Of a DNA stretch of 64,000 nt, positions 1 to 11,851 are shown one piece after another. Source of the stretch: Leidyana gryllorum EB-2025a (taxonomy: Eukaryota > Protista > Apicomplexa). Position numbers and translations under genes: made by a program. The DNA lies in contig JBLWGC010000104.1 in assembly GCA_048772705.1 (NCBI GenBank), positions 992,001 to 1,056,000 of the forward strand. Reading direction: 5' to 3'. The first letter of the stretch is position 1, and each line of letters starts with the position of its first letter. Under the pieces are notes generated by a model, which was not told the origin of the DNA, did not search any database, and was given only the letters and a program-made list of their open reading frames with translations.

Positions 1-1056
1 ATGACAGCGGCATGGAGCGACTGGACTCACATCATCTCCTTCGGGGCGTGCGTTAGTTAAGCGATAAGACATGAGCTCGAATTCACCATCGGGCGGCACG
101 AATGAAATGGTTCCATCAGTCTCAAATTTGTTCAACCGAACACAATGATGAAACCGAACATTCTTGAGGTCAACCGTCGTTCCCTTGCCGGTGCCCGCTC
201 GAGTGGAGTCGGTACTCTTATCATTCAGGCCCAACTTGAGCTCAGGCATCCCCGAGAGGAACGACTTCATTCGCATGACTCCCAATATCTCGCTATGTAA
301 GACCTGCGCATTGGAACCGACCAGAGCGTCCACTCGCTCGATAACATCAACGAATATCTCATTCTTCTTGTGCTTAATTCCGTCGGCTCTGTTCGAGACG
401 TGGAGATGGTGGAAAAGGGGGAAATGAATAGTCTCACCGCCAGGAGACGACATTTGTGACACACTGCGGGGCCGATGCCGAATCAGCCTGTTTAGCAGAC
501 GTCGTTAACACTTTGCGCAGAATCTTTGGCTCAGTCAATTGCGGGAACCCATTGTCCATAACTTCGTCCAACTGTTGGAGAGACGTCAATTTTCATCTAC
601 CAGTCAGTCAGTCAGCCGCGATACTCACGAGTTCATATGTTACAACGAAATTGTCCCGGATGGTGTCCTCCTCCAATTTGTTGTAATACATGGTTAGAAG
701 CTGGGCTGGCATGGGGTGTGAGCGTTAAGGGATCGATGGGTACCTCGATCAATTTGCGAAGGAAAGCCATCAGCAAAGCAGCGTTGGCGTGCACCCGAGT
801 AACAGCGAGTGCGTATATATCATTCTGCTTCATCCAGCAGTAAGAGATTCCTTCGTCGGCAAAGATAGGCTTGACTGACGCGGGGTCCGCATTGACAACA
901 TACTGCGCGAACCTGTGGGAAATGCATGAGTCAGTAATGAGTCTTGTGTTGTTAAACCTACTTGTGGGGAACATCTGACAGGCTGACCTCGCCCCGGTAG
1001 TCGCGGGCCAGAATGGACTGGCCCTTGATGTCCAGGAGGAAAATGGCAGAGGCCAT
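1..1056 (-). CDS. Clathrin adaptor complex medium (mu) subunit, most like AP-1 mu; multi-exon, 3' end runs off the window
   Basis: ATG at 1056 gives MASAIFLLDIKGQSILARDYRGEV. GT-AG introns 961-913, 743-701 and 628-572 join LEEDTIRDNFVVTYEL/LDEVMDNGFPQLTEPKIL. Later exons give KKNEIFVDVIE, MKSFLSGMPELKLGLND, FHHCVRL and ISFVPPDGEFELMSYR, all hallmark mu-adaptin motifs. Confidence 0.95.
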
Positions 1057-1109
1057 TGTAGGAAAAATTCTTCGGAAGGCATGGCCCCTCGGGCGTGAAG
1101 GAAGCTAGT

Positions 1110-4100
1110 ATGAACCATTCTCCGACTTCCACTCACCTGCTCTGGCGAGTCGAGAACGGGATGGACCCTGGCTCACCGCGATTGCACTATGGAGTGGATT
1201 CCAGCGCCACTCGGGGGCGTCCCGCCCCCATGTCGGCTAGAGGAGATATCTCCTATTACCGAACTGAGCTGCCTACCGCAGCCCGTTCGGTCACTCAAGT
1301 TCGAGCTTCCGATCTCGCTTCACCTCGCGCTGGCAGTCCCACCAGCTTGCACCTCACTCTTCCCGTCAATCGACTCCGTTCAGCGGAGCCCCTACCCCAG
1401 TCAGCCGCGCCCCCCCGAGTGTATCAAGCTGTGTCAAGGCCTCGCACTCTGACCGAAATTGGGCCCCGCATCGTGGCTGTGCGTGAAGCCATCTCACCTC
1501 GTCGTTTCGTTGTAGAACCCCACCGCCATGTATATCCCTTACAGCCCGAGCCGGGTTCAGTCCCAGTTTCGTCATTCCGTAAACACACTGACTGGACGGG
1601 TGCAGCAACCCCAACTACAGCTGCTCCTGCCCCTGCTCCCGTTGCCCCTCCTTCTCAAGCAGTCTCCGAAGCGCGCAGACTAATTGACCCGCAACAAAAG
1701 CTACGCGCGCGTCGTCTGCTTGAACAACCCAGTCAAAGCCGTCCTACTCGCAAACCGGCCAGCTCAATGGGGCGAGTTGTCGAGTCTTCACGCATCATTC
1801 CCCGCCTACCTCTCAAGGATCTAACAAGCAACGCGGGAGATACCCCCCGGCCCATGGCACTCACGTCCCGAGAAGTACGCGGGCCTGCCACCACCAAACC
1901 CACTTACGACAAACTCTCTGTGACGTCGGGAGCCGCCACCGCCCGTACGCAGCAACAACCCGCTGTTTTCCGACCGACTCCACATAAACGTGGGCAGGCA
2001 GCGGGAGCGACAACTGCTCGGCTTCGACCAGGCCAACAGCCTCCAGGCGATATCACGCGGGCCCAAACCAGGCCCAGTGCTCGAGAGCCCAGCGACTCTA
2101 GCGAGATGCCGTCCGATGCCAGCTTGTCCACCACCTCCGCCGCCACCTCTGCAGCCCCAAAACCCGCCCTCCACCCAAAGCAGCCTCTCTCTACTCACTT
2201 ATTCGACACAATCGCCATGATCGGTCAAGGCGGTTATGCTGTCGTCCGTGTTGTCAGGCATCGTCATAATCAAAACATCTTTGCCCTTAAACAGGTTGCC
2301 AAGGCCGACTTCACGAATGTACAGCAAGTAAGTGCTGCTCTCTTCGTCTTCCAACATCTTGTCTCTCGCCCTATATCACCTCCTGGCCTCCTCTCTGTCG
2401 GCTCCTCACTATTCGTCTGCCCTGCAGCTGCGTATGGCATACACCGAAGTTGAGATATTGCGGGATGCCAGTGCATTTCTTACTGATAAGGGGAGCAATC
2501 GTAGAACACGGCATATAAAAGATGCTCGTACACGGGAGGAGAAGCGACAGCTAATAGCAACTTTGGTGGCTCAGTGTGGGCCAGCATACTTTCCCAAGTA
2601 CTACGGGTGCTGGCAGGATGAAGCGTTCATCTACTTTCTAATGGAATACTTGCCGGGAGGCGACTTAATGAAACATTTGATCGACCGCGAGATCTTTCCA
2701 GAACATATGGCCAAGTTCTACGCTGCCCAAATCGTAAGTTTAGTCCCGATGGCTACCCTCACATAACCTTAGGCTCTGGCTATCGGTTTTATGCACGACC
2801 ACCTAAGGTATGTGCATCGGGATATTAAGCCCGACAATGTACTATTTGATTGCGGGGGGCACACAAAATTGGTTGACTTTGGACTGTCTCGCAAAGTACC
2901 GCCTCCCAAGATAGAGCCTGACGGACGCAAACGCTTCATAGAAGGTTTTTCCAGTGCTGTGGGCACTCCTGACTATATGGCCCCAGAGGTTCACCGTCCA
3001 GGGGTTGCTCACGACCGCACAATCGACTGGTGGAGTGTAAGCATAACATGGTCGATCATCGCAACAGATCAACTCCAATGCAGTTGGGTATCATTCTATA
3101 CGAAATGTTATTTGGAGGCCCACCGCTATCGGATATGCAGCATCGAGCGGATGTCACATCCCAGCTAATTCGCAAGTGAGTCCCGTTTGACACTTCTCAA
3201 ACACATCTCGGCCACCAGTTGGCGTTCCTTCTTGACAGCTTGGCCCGAGAAACCACACGTGTCGGATTTGGCGAAGGATCTACTTGGCAAGTAAGCCACC
3301 CCTCTCGCGCTTGAGCTCTCTCTCACCCACCCGTGTCTCTAGGCTCATCGCTGAAAAAGCCGACCGTTACCAAACGGTGGAGGATGTTCTGTCACATCCG
3401 TGGTTTGACGATATTGGCCTGAACGAACTGCGCAATATGGTAAGGGACTGACTGGCGAGATTTCTCAACTGCGACGTTCACTTCAGGAGCCCCCCATTGT
3501 ACCAAAGACCTCGAGTCAGGCGGATGTTCGGAATTTCGACTCCTTCAGCAGCGAAACTCTGCGACAGGTGAGACGCCGAGAGGTCTATCGTTCTCATACC
3601 TCTCGTCAGTGGGAGGAGAAGAAGCGGAAAGCTCAGCCAAGTCTGGAAGTCTCCGCTTTTTTAATGGATATTCGAACCCGGGCAAGACGCATCGGAGGAG
3701 ACACTGCAATTCAGATACCCTATACAGCTTCTGGCCGCCGCGAGGGCAGCAGTATGCGACGGCCTGGCATGTTCGCCACTGACAATGATTCCCGAAAGCC
3801 CGTTGCTCCGCAGAGTTGTACAGCGGCGAACCGGGTACCCAATCTACCTAAAGTGGACACCTCTGACGCTGTGTCGGTAAGGACGTATAAGCGTCCGATG
3901 GGCCCCCAGTCTCGTCCAGCCACGTGTGACGTGGGACGTAACAATAAGCCCTATCGCGCCCTCCACGAGCCCCGAGCAGGTGTAGCGCCTGCCGTGGTAA
4001 AGCCTGCCAACATCCCTAATCGAGTGCACACTGACGATCTTTCCTCGTCCTCTTACAGACCAACTCCGAGAGGAGGCCCGAGAGGAGTTCTGGACCCCCC

Positions 4101-5057
4101 CCAGCGGATCGGAGCGGCACCCCTGCAGTCTTCGAGAGACCCGCTGGGGTTCCCGAGCCGTAACGGAAGCACGGGCAGTCGGCTGAACGGCGGCGAACAG
4201 ATGATGAACGTCGGAGACGACCATCCGCACCAATCCGCTGCAGCGGCCGTCACTGCCAGGCTGTATCAACCGCACGGGAATAATGAAAGCTTCAGCCGGC
4301 AGAGCTATGTTGAACCCAGCGGAAGTCGAGTGCCCTACAGTCATCAGCCGTCGTTAACCAGCATGGGAGCTCTGGAGAGTAGCCGACTGGGAGACCAGTT
4401 CGAGAATCATCGAGGTGCGTCAGATTATCCTTCGGCAATGCCACCAGCTGTCGACTCTGGTGGACGAACAGCGGGCGCGAGCGCGGTCGCCACAGCAGAG
4501 CGTGAAGTGGAAACATCAAGTAAAGGAGCAACGCCTTCGCGAGGGGTTTTGCCGAGCAATGCTCAGCAGCCGCTGCCCCGATCTGTGGCTACTGGGGCGC
4601 TGAGCAGTCGAAGTCGAATAAAGCCACGAACTGCAGTCCCTTCGTCCACCAACGGAGAGGTTCGAGAAGTTGTGTCCACTGTGTCGTCTGTAGCGGAACC
4701 CCGGACAGTGTTGTCGTCGTTGTCGAGTGGTGCATCTTCTAGGCGGAGAGTGGATGCGAGCCAAGTGGCTTCAGCTGCGACTGAAACCGAGAAAGGTGGC
4801 GGGCTACTGTCAGAGTGGGTAGTTTGGAGAAGCGTGAGATATGCCTTCGCAGGCTGACGATGGCTGTGTCCCGATGGCTGACGAGCAGCAGTTCTGGATC
4901 GGGAAGGAGTACTCGAGGTGCTCCGGCCGTGCCGCCGCCAAGGCCCTCCGTGGCTCTAAAAGCAACAGGGACTCAAGTTGACGAACGGAAGCGCCGCAAT
5001 GACAATGCTTTGGGTGAAAACGTCCGACCGAACAACAACAAACACAAAGTCGTGTAG
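1110..5057 (+). CDS. AGC-family Ser/Thr protein kinase, NDR/LATS-like, with long disordered N- and C-terminal extensions; multi-exon (start at ATG 1110 or 1161)
   Basis: Spliced kinase domain at ~2200-3570: [65 protein letters not shown], plus an AGC tail PPIVP..DVRNFD. Example introns are 2328-2427 and 3568-3609. The last exon, ending at 5057, is inferred from a short intron ending at 4852. Confidence 0.9.
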
Positions 5058-5110
5058 TTAGGCCCAGTACTGGAGTGAAAACGGGTTTGGGCATGACGAC
5101 CAGAGTGTAG

Positions 5111-5145
5111 TGAGAGAGAGAGAGCGAGCGAGCGAGCGCGCGAGT
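5111..5145. repeat. (GA)n/(GAGC)n microsatellite in the intergenic region
   Basis: tgagagagagagagcgagcgagcgagcgcgcgag. Confidence 0.85.
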
Positions 5146-5284
5146 GATAGATCACTCACGGAGACGGTGAAATTGTGTGCGTCGCCGTCTCTGGACGCTG
5201 GATCTAGTTTGTTTGTGGATCTTCACACCTCCTCTCAATTTGTTGTAGCCCAGTGCGCACACACCCTTCTCCTCCTCCCAGCAG

Positions 5285-8200
5285 ATGAACGGAACTTCAA
5301 CTGACGAGATGAGTCGCGCAGGCCGATCTTTGACTGGAGCTGTCCATCGTAGCACTCGGAGTCGCTCCTTACGAGTGTCTTTGAGCTCACGGAACAAGGC
5401 GCGTGGCGAGACTGCATCGTTGACGATTCAGCTCGACAACCCTGATGAAATGATTGACAAGGTGTTGCAGGTGCTATCTGCTCGATTCCCGGTTGACACT
5501 TTCTTCAACGTGATCGCTGAGCAGCCCGAAATGCACTGGATGACTGCAAATACTTCTACAACAAACTCGCATATCCTCTTGTCGCAAGCACTTCAGAACC
5601 CTGGTATGGTGGCCCAGATTTTACCCGAGGAGCTCCGTGCTCAGTGGCTGGCTTATGCGTCGACCGCTACCACTCATCAAGTACAATCTTCGGCGTCTCC
5701 GGCAGTTGCTGCCTACACCGCGCGAGCAGGTACTCAGGGCTCGGTGTACTCGTCCTCCAGCAGTCGTGAGAACACTGCTGGCGTCGCTGTGGTACAAGGT
5801 GCCTACTCGATGCATCAAGACACTACTACGAGCATGGAAGCTAACTCTTCTACAGTCAGCATGGCCCCTCAAGATCAAGTTGATCACCTAACCACTGCTT
5901 CCCATCCCCAAGTCGGCGCCATTTTAGGCGCTGGTCCCTCCTCCGATCCTAATGCATTTGGCTTTGTCGGACAAAGCATGAATTCTTCGACTGCTGCAGC
6001 AGCCGTCCGTGATGCGACTATGACTACTACTACTATGACTGACGCTGTTCCTCTACATCAACATGACGGTACGATGGTTACTACTCATACAGTCGAGGGC
6101 TACTCTCACATGCATCACGGTCACGACGCCAGTGTTGCATTGGAGACTCCCCTTCAAACTACTGCTGACTATCAACAACCGATCATGTCCTCGATGACGG
6201 AGCAATTCCATGAAGGTATGGCCGCTGCCACTCAAGACAACTATGTCGGAGCGCAGCAGCATTTCACCCCCTCCTCGATTGTGGATGCCACACTCCACAT
6301 GACCACTGCTTCTCCCCGCCCGGCCGAGACCACCACAACTACCACCATTACCACCACTGAATACGGAACGACCACCGTGGCTGCGCCTAGTGTACAAGCC
6401 TCGACTTACTCTGTCGTGGACACTGCCGGCCAGGTGCTCGCTTCAGCGCCCATCACTGCTGCTGCTGCTGTGGTGACTGATGTCTCAGCAGCAATTGCAA
6501 GCGCACCGACGGCTTCTGGCGTGGTTGAGAGCGTGAAGTACATGACTTCGGCGGTTGCTCCTGCTACTACCACCGAAACACAAATTGGGTACACCCAGGC
6601 GGACAGCGTCACACATGTGGCTGCCACCGCCCCCCTGACCTCCATGGAACACGGAACTACCGCGATGCAGACCTCAGTTGTTGGGCAATCATCAAGTCAC
6701 AGTGTTGTCGACACTGTCAACTACGTGACTCCAACCGCTCCGACGGCCTCGACGGTGATGGAACAATCCGGATACAACGTGGTCGATACTGTCAACTATG
6801 TCACCCCACCAGTTCCGATGACAGCGACCACAACAACAGAATACTCCGCCGCTACCATCACGACACCGGTTGTTGACCAACCAGTTGAATCTGTTAGCTA
6901 CACGGCTCCTTCCACCTCTCTCTCGACCAGCGAGTACGTGACTGCCACCATCGGAGCTCCCGTTGTTGACACGCAATACACCACTACCACCACCACCATC
7001 ACTCCTGTTGTCGAACAGACCAGCTACGCAGTAGTTGACAATGCCAACTACGTCGCCCATACTGCGCCTGTGACCACCACCGAGTACAGATCCACAACGA
7101 TGGCCGCTCCAAGCGTTGAACAAACGAACTACACGGTGAACTATGTGGGTCAAGCCGCACCAGTAACCACCACCACCACCACTACACGGGAGTACACTAC
7201 TGGCACCATGTCGACACCGGTCGTCGAGACCAGTGGTGTTGCTTCTGGAGACGCGATGATGCATGTGGCTCAAGCGGCACCTATGGCGAGTAATACCTCC
7301 GCTCAGATGAACGCTAATGCAGCCATGTCCTCGACTGTGATGCAACAGAATTCTGTTGAGAGTTATGTATCGCAACCCACGTACGAGGGGCAGGTGTACT
7401 ACAATCATCAGAGTGGTCTTCCCAGCCATTACACCAACTTGGAGGCCGCCACGGGACTGGCAGCTGTGCACAAAACCATGATGGCGTCGGTCTCGATGGC
7501 TGTGCAACCGTCGACCAGCCCGAAGATGGGCCCTATTGATAGCTTTGCGTCCGAGTCGCATGCTTACACTATGACTTCGATGAACTCTATTAACAACATG
7601 GTCCATCAGACAATCACGGAGAATGTCTCGGAAGAGATTGTGCGCGAAATCCGGCCGTCTCCCTTGGCGCCTCATCCAGAGGTTCGGAGATCGTCCGGCA
7701 GCGACTCCGAGCAGCAGCGTAGAGACAATGTTGAGCGTCAAAGTTCCCGTAGCTCCAAGTCGTCTGGACCTGCTGCTGGTGGCGCTGTGGTGTCTGTGCA
7801 AGAGGTACAAGCGACCGCCGAGGCTCATGTGTACAGCAACGAAGGCAAGTGGGAGGAGTGGCGTGACGACAGTGCCGATAAAGAGACGGAGCACTCTGCG
7901 AAGAGTGGGTCTGTGTCTCATAATGACGATTCTAGCTTCCATGAGACGGCTGTTGAGTTCACCGACAGTGCACTTCGTCGCACTGCTGAAATTCTACACA
8001 GCCACGGCTGTTTGGAGCAGTTGTTAATGCTCGATGCGAGTTCACCCATTTATCAACAAACATTACATGAAATTGCAACCAAGACTGATGTGGACCTCGC
8101 CATGATCAATCAAGTGTTCGGAACCTCGCGACTTCAAGCTGAATTTATGCTGTGGTGCGAAGCAATGTATAGACCTGCTCCTTCTCAGCGCTACGCCTTG

Positions 8201-11200
8201 CAGCGGCAGGCTGTCGATGCTCTCGCTACAACGCATTCTACTACTGCACCTGCGCAAACAATGCCTCTTGTAACTCGCGATTTCCAGGTAATTGACAATC
8301 AGATGATCCATACTCTGGCTTCGCCTATTATGACTGTACGCACTACCGTAACAGTCGAGCCAGGTATGCTGCAAACACATACCGCTTCTACCACTACCAC
8401 TCTCCACCGAAACGGGGAAGAATGGGCCAAGGACACTCGGGCAGTAGGCCAACTTACTGTTAGCACACCCGCGGAGAAGCAGTACACTGACACTCGTTTC
8501 GCTGTGACCGAAGCCACTCCGGTCTCTGGCCCAAACGTAGTCACCGTTGCTCCGCTCAATCTACAGACCGCCAATACTCAATTCGTCATGTCTGCTGCGC
8601 ACGCTGAAGCTGTCACGGACCAAGCCTCCCCAGTTAGTGTCATGTCTGTGACACCTACTGCTGCCAACGAGGCAACAGTCGCATACACTCAGGCATCTAC
8701 AGCCTTTGCTCAACAACAGATGGCTACCGTTACCGAAAATCAAGTGGAGAGTGTACACACCATCTCGAAGCATAGTGTGCACAGCGCTACCGCACAGGGA
8801 GCCCCCGAGCGCGCGGGTTCGATCTCCGAACGTTCCGCGGGCTCAAAGCGCTCTGTCGCAAGATCTCAGATGTCTGCCCAAAGCGGATCTCACCACTCTG
8901 TACCTGTATCACACCACTCTGTGAGTGGATCGCACCATTCGGTTGCCAGATCTCACCACTCTCAATTGACCGGCTCTCACCACTCTGTCGCAGCGGTCTC
9001 TCATCACACTGCGTCTCATCACACTGCGTCCCATCACACTGCGTCCCATCACACTGCATCCCATCACACTGCGTCCCATCACTCTGTGTCTCAGCACTCT
9101 GAAGCCAGAGCTGGATCTGTGGCCGGGAGTGTGTCTCACCAGTCTCTGGTACAGCAGTCCCATCACTCAGGAAGTCATCCAGCTTCCGTAGCTGACGCAA
9201 GCCGTAGCGAGCGGGCGGGATCGGTGGCGGTTTCGCAACACAGCCAGCGGTCTGTCGCTATGAAGTCTACTTCTGTGAAGTCTCAATCCCGCCACGGGAG
9301 TGGACAAATGGAGACTGAGATCATTAGACAGACCTCCCAAGCCAGCTCCAGGAGGAGTGGTCACCAGGTCGTGTCGACCGGCATGATGACAGCTGGCACC
9401 GCAGCATTGCGAACGACCGAGGTGGTGTACTCGCAAACCAATGACGTCACTGGTTACTCGGCGACAATGGGTTTCGAGGTGGAACGGACAACTACAACCA
9501 GCCAAACCGTGCAACCGGCTTTCCAGCCACAACTTACCGTAGAGAACATGGCCTCGGGCTCTCTGTCCCAATCGGCGGCGGATCTCGGATGCACCACCAC
9601 CACCTACGAGTCTGTTGTTCCGAACGTGATGCTAACTCAATCTCAACCACATATGACCAGTGTCACTGAAACTCGTACCTTTACCACTACCACGGGAACC
9701 CAGCAAGTGGGAGACTACGAACAGAGGACCATAGCGCAGTCGCCGCTGGCAGCCGTCTACGCCACTCAAACACAAATACTGACCCGGGCGGGCTCTCGTG
9801 GATCTCAACAGTCGCGGGAGTCGCAGAAGGACGGATCTCGGAAGAGTGCCGAACAGTCGGTGAAGGGGGCTTCGGTTAAGAGCGGTTCGGTCAAGAGCGG
9901 TTCGGTCAAGAGCGGTTCTGTGAAGAGCGCCGAACAGTCGGTGAAAAGTGCCTCGGTGAAAAGTGCCTCGGTCAAGAGCACTTCTCAAAAGAGTGCTGCC
10001 GTCGTGTCGGCTAGCGGTAGTGTAAACGCACGCCAAATGTCCCAATCTTCTCATTCGGCTGCTGGAGGTGTTCAGCACGTCGCTGCGGCAGTGGTGCCCA
10101 CAGGAGCTCAACTCGCACAAACTGCCAATCTGATTGCACAACAAGTGACAACTGCCACCACGATAAATTCCAACTCGATGGAAGGCAGTCACGCAATGAC
10201 AGCGGCAGCTGCGGACATTAGCACCCAACTACGCCAAACTGGAGTGTGGAAAATGGAAGCTCCGGGCGCCATTGTGACAGGAGGTGTGCGCCAGCTTTCT
10301 GGCAGCAGCCACCCATCGTTCGAGATGCAAGTGGATGTTGTCGAGGAGACCGATGGTCCGGTCACCGACAGCCCAGCAGCTCGTATGGTCATCGAACAGG
10401 CACGTGGAAGTGCTACAGCGAGGACCGCGACCCACACCCACACCGCCACCACCACGACCACCACCACCAGCGGAACCGCCATTGGAGCGGCTCGCGTTGA
10501 GGCGGGAATGGTGACAGCTCGTGCTGTCATGGAGACCACTGAGAGTGGAGAGCGTTCTCCCATCACGGTGACCCGAACAGTTGTGTACCCGCGCGGACAG
10601 CCGAGTACGAATACTACTGTGAACAACGTGACCCACAACGTGGCTTCTTGGTCCTCCGTGTTACCGCAGCAGCCTCGAGATATTTTCTATCTGCAGTCGA
10701 CTTCGCCGCGACCGGACTTGGTGGGCTCGCAGACTCCTGCTGGTGCCCACACAACTCCGGCCAAGGTGATCACTACGGCCGAGGTGAATCAGTTGGCAGC
10801 GGCAGCTGCGGCTACGGTTGCAGCGTCCACTACGACTGCCACGCGAGTGACTGGACTGAGTCGACAATACTCCCAGTCGTCCAGTCCCACTGCCCAACAA
10901 CCAGAACAACAAGCCGTGGCTTCCGGCTGGAACACGGCGACTCACTATCATCAGATGGGTCGTGGCCGCGGAACGTTCATCAGCTCACCCATAGCCGGCG
11001 GCATCCAGACTCAACCGAGAGCCGCTGCGGCGGTATTGTCCTCGTCGATGCTGCGAAGCACGTCACCGTTGGCGGCGTCCATCGGACACGATAGGTTCTT
11101 CGCCCATCCGTCAGGCGCAGCCACAACGACTCACATCTCCACCGCCTCTCGTGGTATTGCTGGTGTTGGCGAGCCTACTCAAACCTTGACTACATCTCAT

Positions 11201-11470
11201 CCTAGTACCTATGTTGCGTACAACGAGTGGAAGAGCGCTGCCATGGGGGGCGAGACCTATTCGAGCAGCCAGCAGAGTGTGTCCAAACACACCACCAGCA
11301 AGTCTCAGCACACTACAAGCAAATCTCAGCATACCACAAGTGTGATGAGTTCCAAGTATGCCCCTCCGGCTGCAATGGCGCAAATCAACACTTCCTCGCC
11401 CTTGGCACAGCTCAAGCAGGAAAACCCGAACCCCTTGTTGGAGAAGCTCGCTTTGCACTGGACCCGTTAG
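5285..11470 (+). CDS. 2061-aa low-complexity T/S/A/V/Q/H-rich repetitive protein of unknown function (single uninterrupted ORF)
   Basis: 6.2 kb open frame with no recognisable enzymatic motif and no signal peptide. Internal repeat families are VVDxxNYVxxxAPxTTT, SHH(T/S)(A/V), SVKS(G/A) and SKSQHTT. Confidence 0.85.
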   Translation: MNGTSTDEMSRAGRSLTGAVHRSTRSRSLRVSLSSRNKARGETASLTIQLDNPDEMIDKVLQVLSARFPVDTFFNVIAEQPEMHWMTANTSTTNSHILLSQALQNPGMVAQILPEELRAQWLAYASTATTHQVQSSASPAVAAYTARAGTQGSVYSSSSSRENTAGVAVVQGAYSMHQDTTTSMEANSSTVSMAPQDQVDHLTTASHPQVGAILGAGPSSDPNAFGFVGQSMNSSTAAAAVRDATMTTTTMTDAVPLHQHDGTMVTTHTVEGYSHMHHGHDASVALETPLQTTADYQQPIMSSMTEQFHEGMAAATQDNYVGAQQHFTPSSIVDATLHMTTASPRPAETTTTTTITTTEYGTTTVAAPSVQASTYSVVDTAGQVLASAPITAAAAVVTDVSAAIASAPTASGVVESVKYMTSAVAPATTTETQIGYTQADSVTHVAATAPLTSMEHGTTAMQTSVVGQSSSHSVVDTVNYVTPTAPTASTVMEQSGYNVVDTVNYVTPPVPMTATTTTEYSAATITTPVVDQPVESVSYTAPSTSLSTSEYVTATIGAPVVDTQYTTTTTTITPVVEQTSYAVVDNANYVAHTAPVTTTEYRSTTMAAPSVEQTNYTVNYVGQAAPVTTTTTTTREYTTGTMSTPVVETSGVASGDAMMHVAQAAPMASNTSAQMNANAAMSSTVMQQNSVESYVSQPTYEGQVYYNHQSGLPSHYTNLEAATGLAAVHKTMMASVSMAVQPSTSPKMGPIDSFASESHAYTMTSMNSINNMVHQTITENVSEEIVREIRPSPLAPHPEVRRSSGSDSEQQRRDNVERQSSRSSKSSGPAAGGAVVSVQEVQATAEAHVYSNEGKWEEWRDDSADKETEHSAKSGSVSHNDDSSFHETAVEFTDSALRRTAEILHSHGCLEQLLMLDASSPIYQQTLHEIATKTDVDLAMINQVFGTSRLQAEFMLWCEAMYRPAPSQRYALQRQAVDALATTHSTTAPAQTMPLVTRDFQVIDNQMIHTLASPIMTVRTTVTVEPGMLQTHTASTTTTLHRNGEEWAKDTRAVGQLTVSTPAEKQYTDTRFAVTEATPVSGPNVVTVAPLNLQTANTQFVMSAAHAEAVTDQASPVSVMSVTPTAANEATVAYTQASTAFAQQQMATVTENQVESVHTISKHSVHSATAQGAPERAGSISERSAGSKRSVARSQMSAQSGSHHSVPVSHHSVSGSHHSVARSHHSQLTGSHHSVAAVSHHTASHHTASHHTASHHTASHHTASHHSVSQHSEARAGSVAGSVSHQSLVQQSHHSGSHPASVADASRSERAGSVAVSQHSQRSVAMKSTSVKSQSRHGSGQMETEIIRQTSQASSRRSGHQVVSTGMMTAGTAALRTTEVVYSQTNDVTGYSATMGFEVERTTTTSQTVQPAFQPQLTVENMASGSLSQSAADLGCTTTTYESVVPNVMLTQSQPHMTSVTETRTFTTTTGTQQVGDYEQRTIAQSPLAAVYATQTQILTRAGSRGSQQSRESQKDGSRKSAEQSVKGASVKSGSVKSGSVKSGSVKSAEQSVKSASVKSASVKSTSQKSAAVVSASGSVNARQMSQSSHSAAGGVQHVAAAVVPTGAQLAQTANLIAQQVTTATTINSNSMEGSHAMTAAAADISTQLRQTGVWKMEAPGAIVTGGVRQLSGSSHPSFEMQVDVVEETDGPVTDSPAARMVIEQARGSATARTATHTHTATTTTTTTSGTAIGAARVEAGMVTARAVMETTESGERSPITVTRTVVYPRGQPSTNTTVNNVTHNVASWSSVLPQQPRDIFYLQSTSPRPDLVGSQTPAGAHTTPAKVITTAEVNQLAAAAAATVAASTTTATRVTGLSRQYSQSSSPTAQQPEQQAVASGWNTATHYHQMGRGRGTFISSPIAGGIQTQPRAAAAVLSSSMLRSTSPLAASIGHDRFFAHPSGAATTTHISTASRGIAGVGEPTQTLTTSHPSTYVAYNEWKSAAMGGETYSSSQQSVSKHTTSKSQHTTSKSQHTTSVMSSKYAPPAAMAQINTSSPLAQLKQENPNPLLEKLALHWTR
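9002..9081 (+). repeat. 15-nt coding tandem repeat, about 5 copies, encoding (HHTAS)n
   Basis: Units of catcacactgcgtc(c/t) are directly visible. Confidence 0.95.
9857..9979 (+). repeat. 15-nt coding tandem repeat encoding SVKS(G/A)
   Basis: Units of tcggtcaagagcggt and tcggtgaaaagtgcc are directly visible. Confidence 0.9.
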
Positions 11471-11851
11471 TTTGATTGTTGGATGGAATTTTTGTGTATT
11501 CTTCCCGGTCGAGGTAATATAGCTCTGTAGTTCCGCCGAGAGACTTGTTGCTCGAGGTGCCTGTTGTCTCCGTACGAGCTAAAATTTCCTCATCCGTCAA
11601 CCATGTTGTACAACCCTGGTGACCCATACTACAAGTACTGGTTCGCCAACAAGTGAGTTCTCTACCTCTCACACCAAATTCAAATCCATTCCCGATCGTA
11701 GGAAAAGCTCCAAGCAGACCCCCCAGCCGGCCGCTGCAACTGCTCAGAAGGTTGTGAAGGATAAAGGAATGGCACATCCGGCCAGTGTCGGCTGCTAATG
11801 CGTGTAGCGTGTACTTAGCTGAAAAAATTATTCTAGACTTCTCTGTGCACA

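Noticed and set aside
9002-9979. Short tandem repeats as a CRISPR array
   Set aside because: They are head-to-tail 15-nt in-frame coding repeats with no unique spacers and no cas genes, in a eukaryotic context.
5621-11458. Long antisense ORFs such as 6692-7942 (416 aa)
   Set aside because: These are shadows of a low-complexity sense CDS; the translations are not protein-like.
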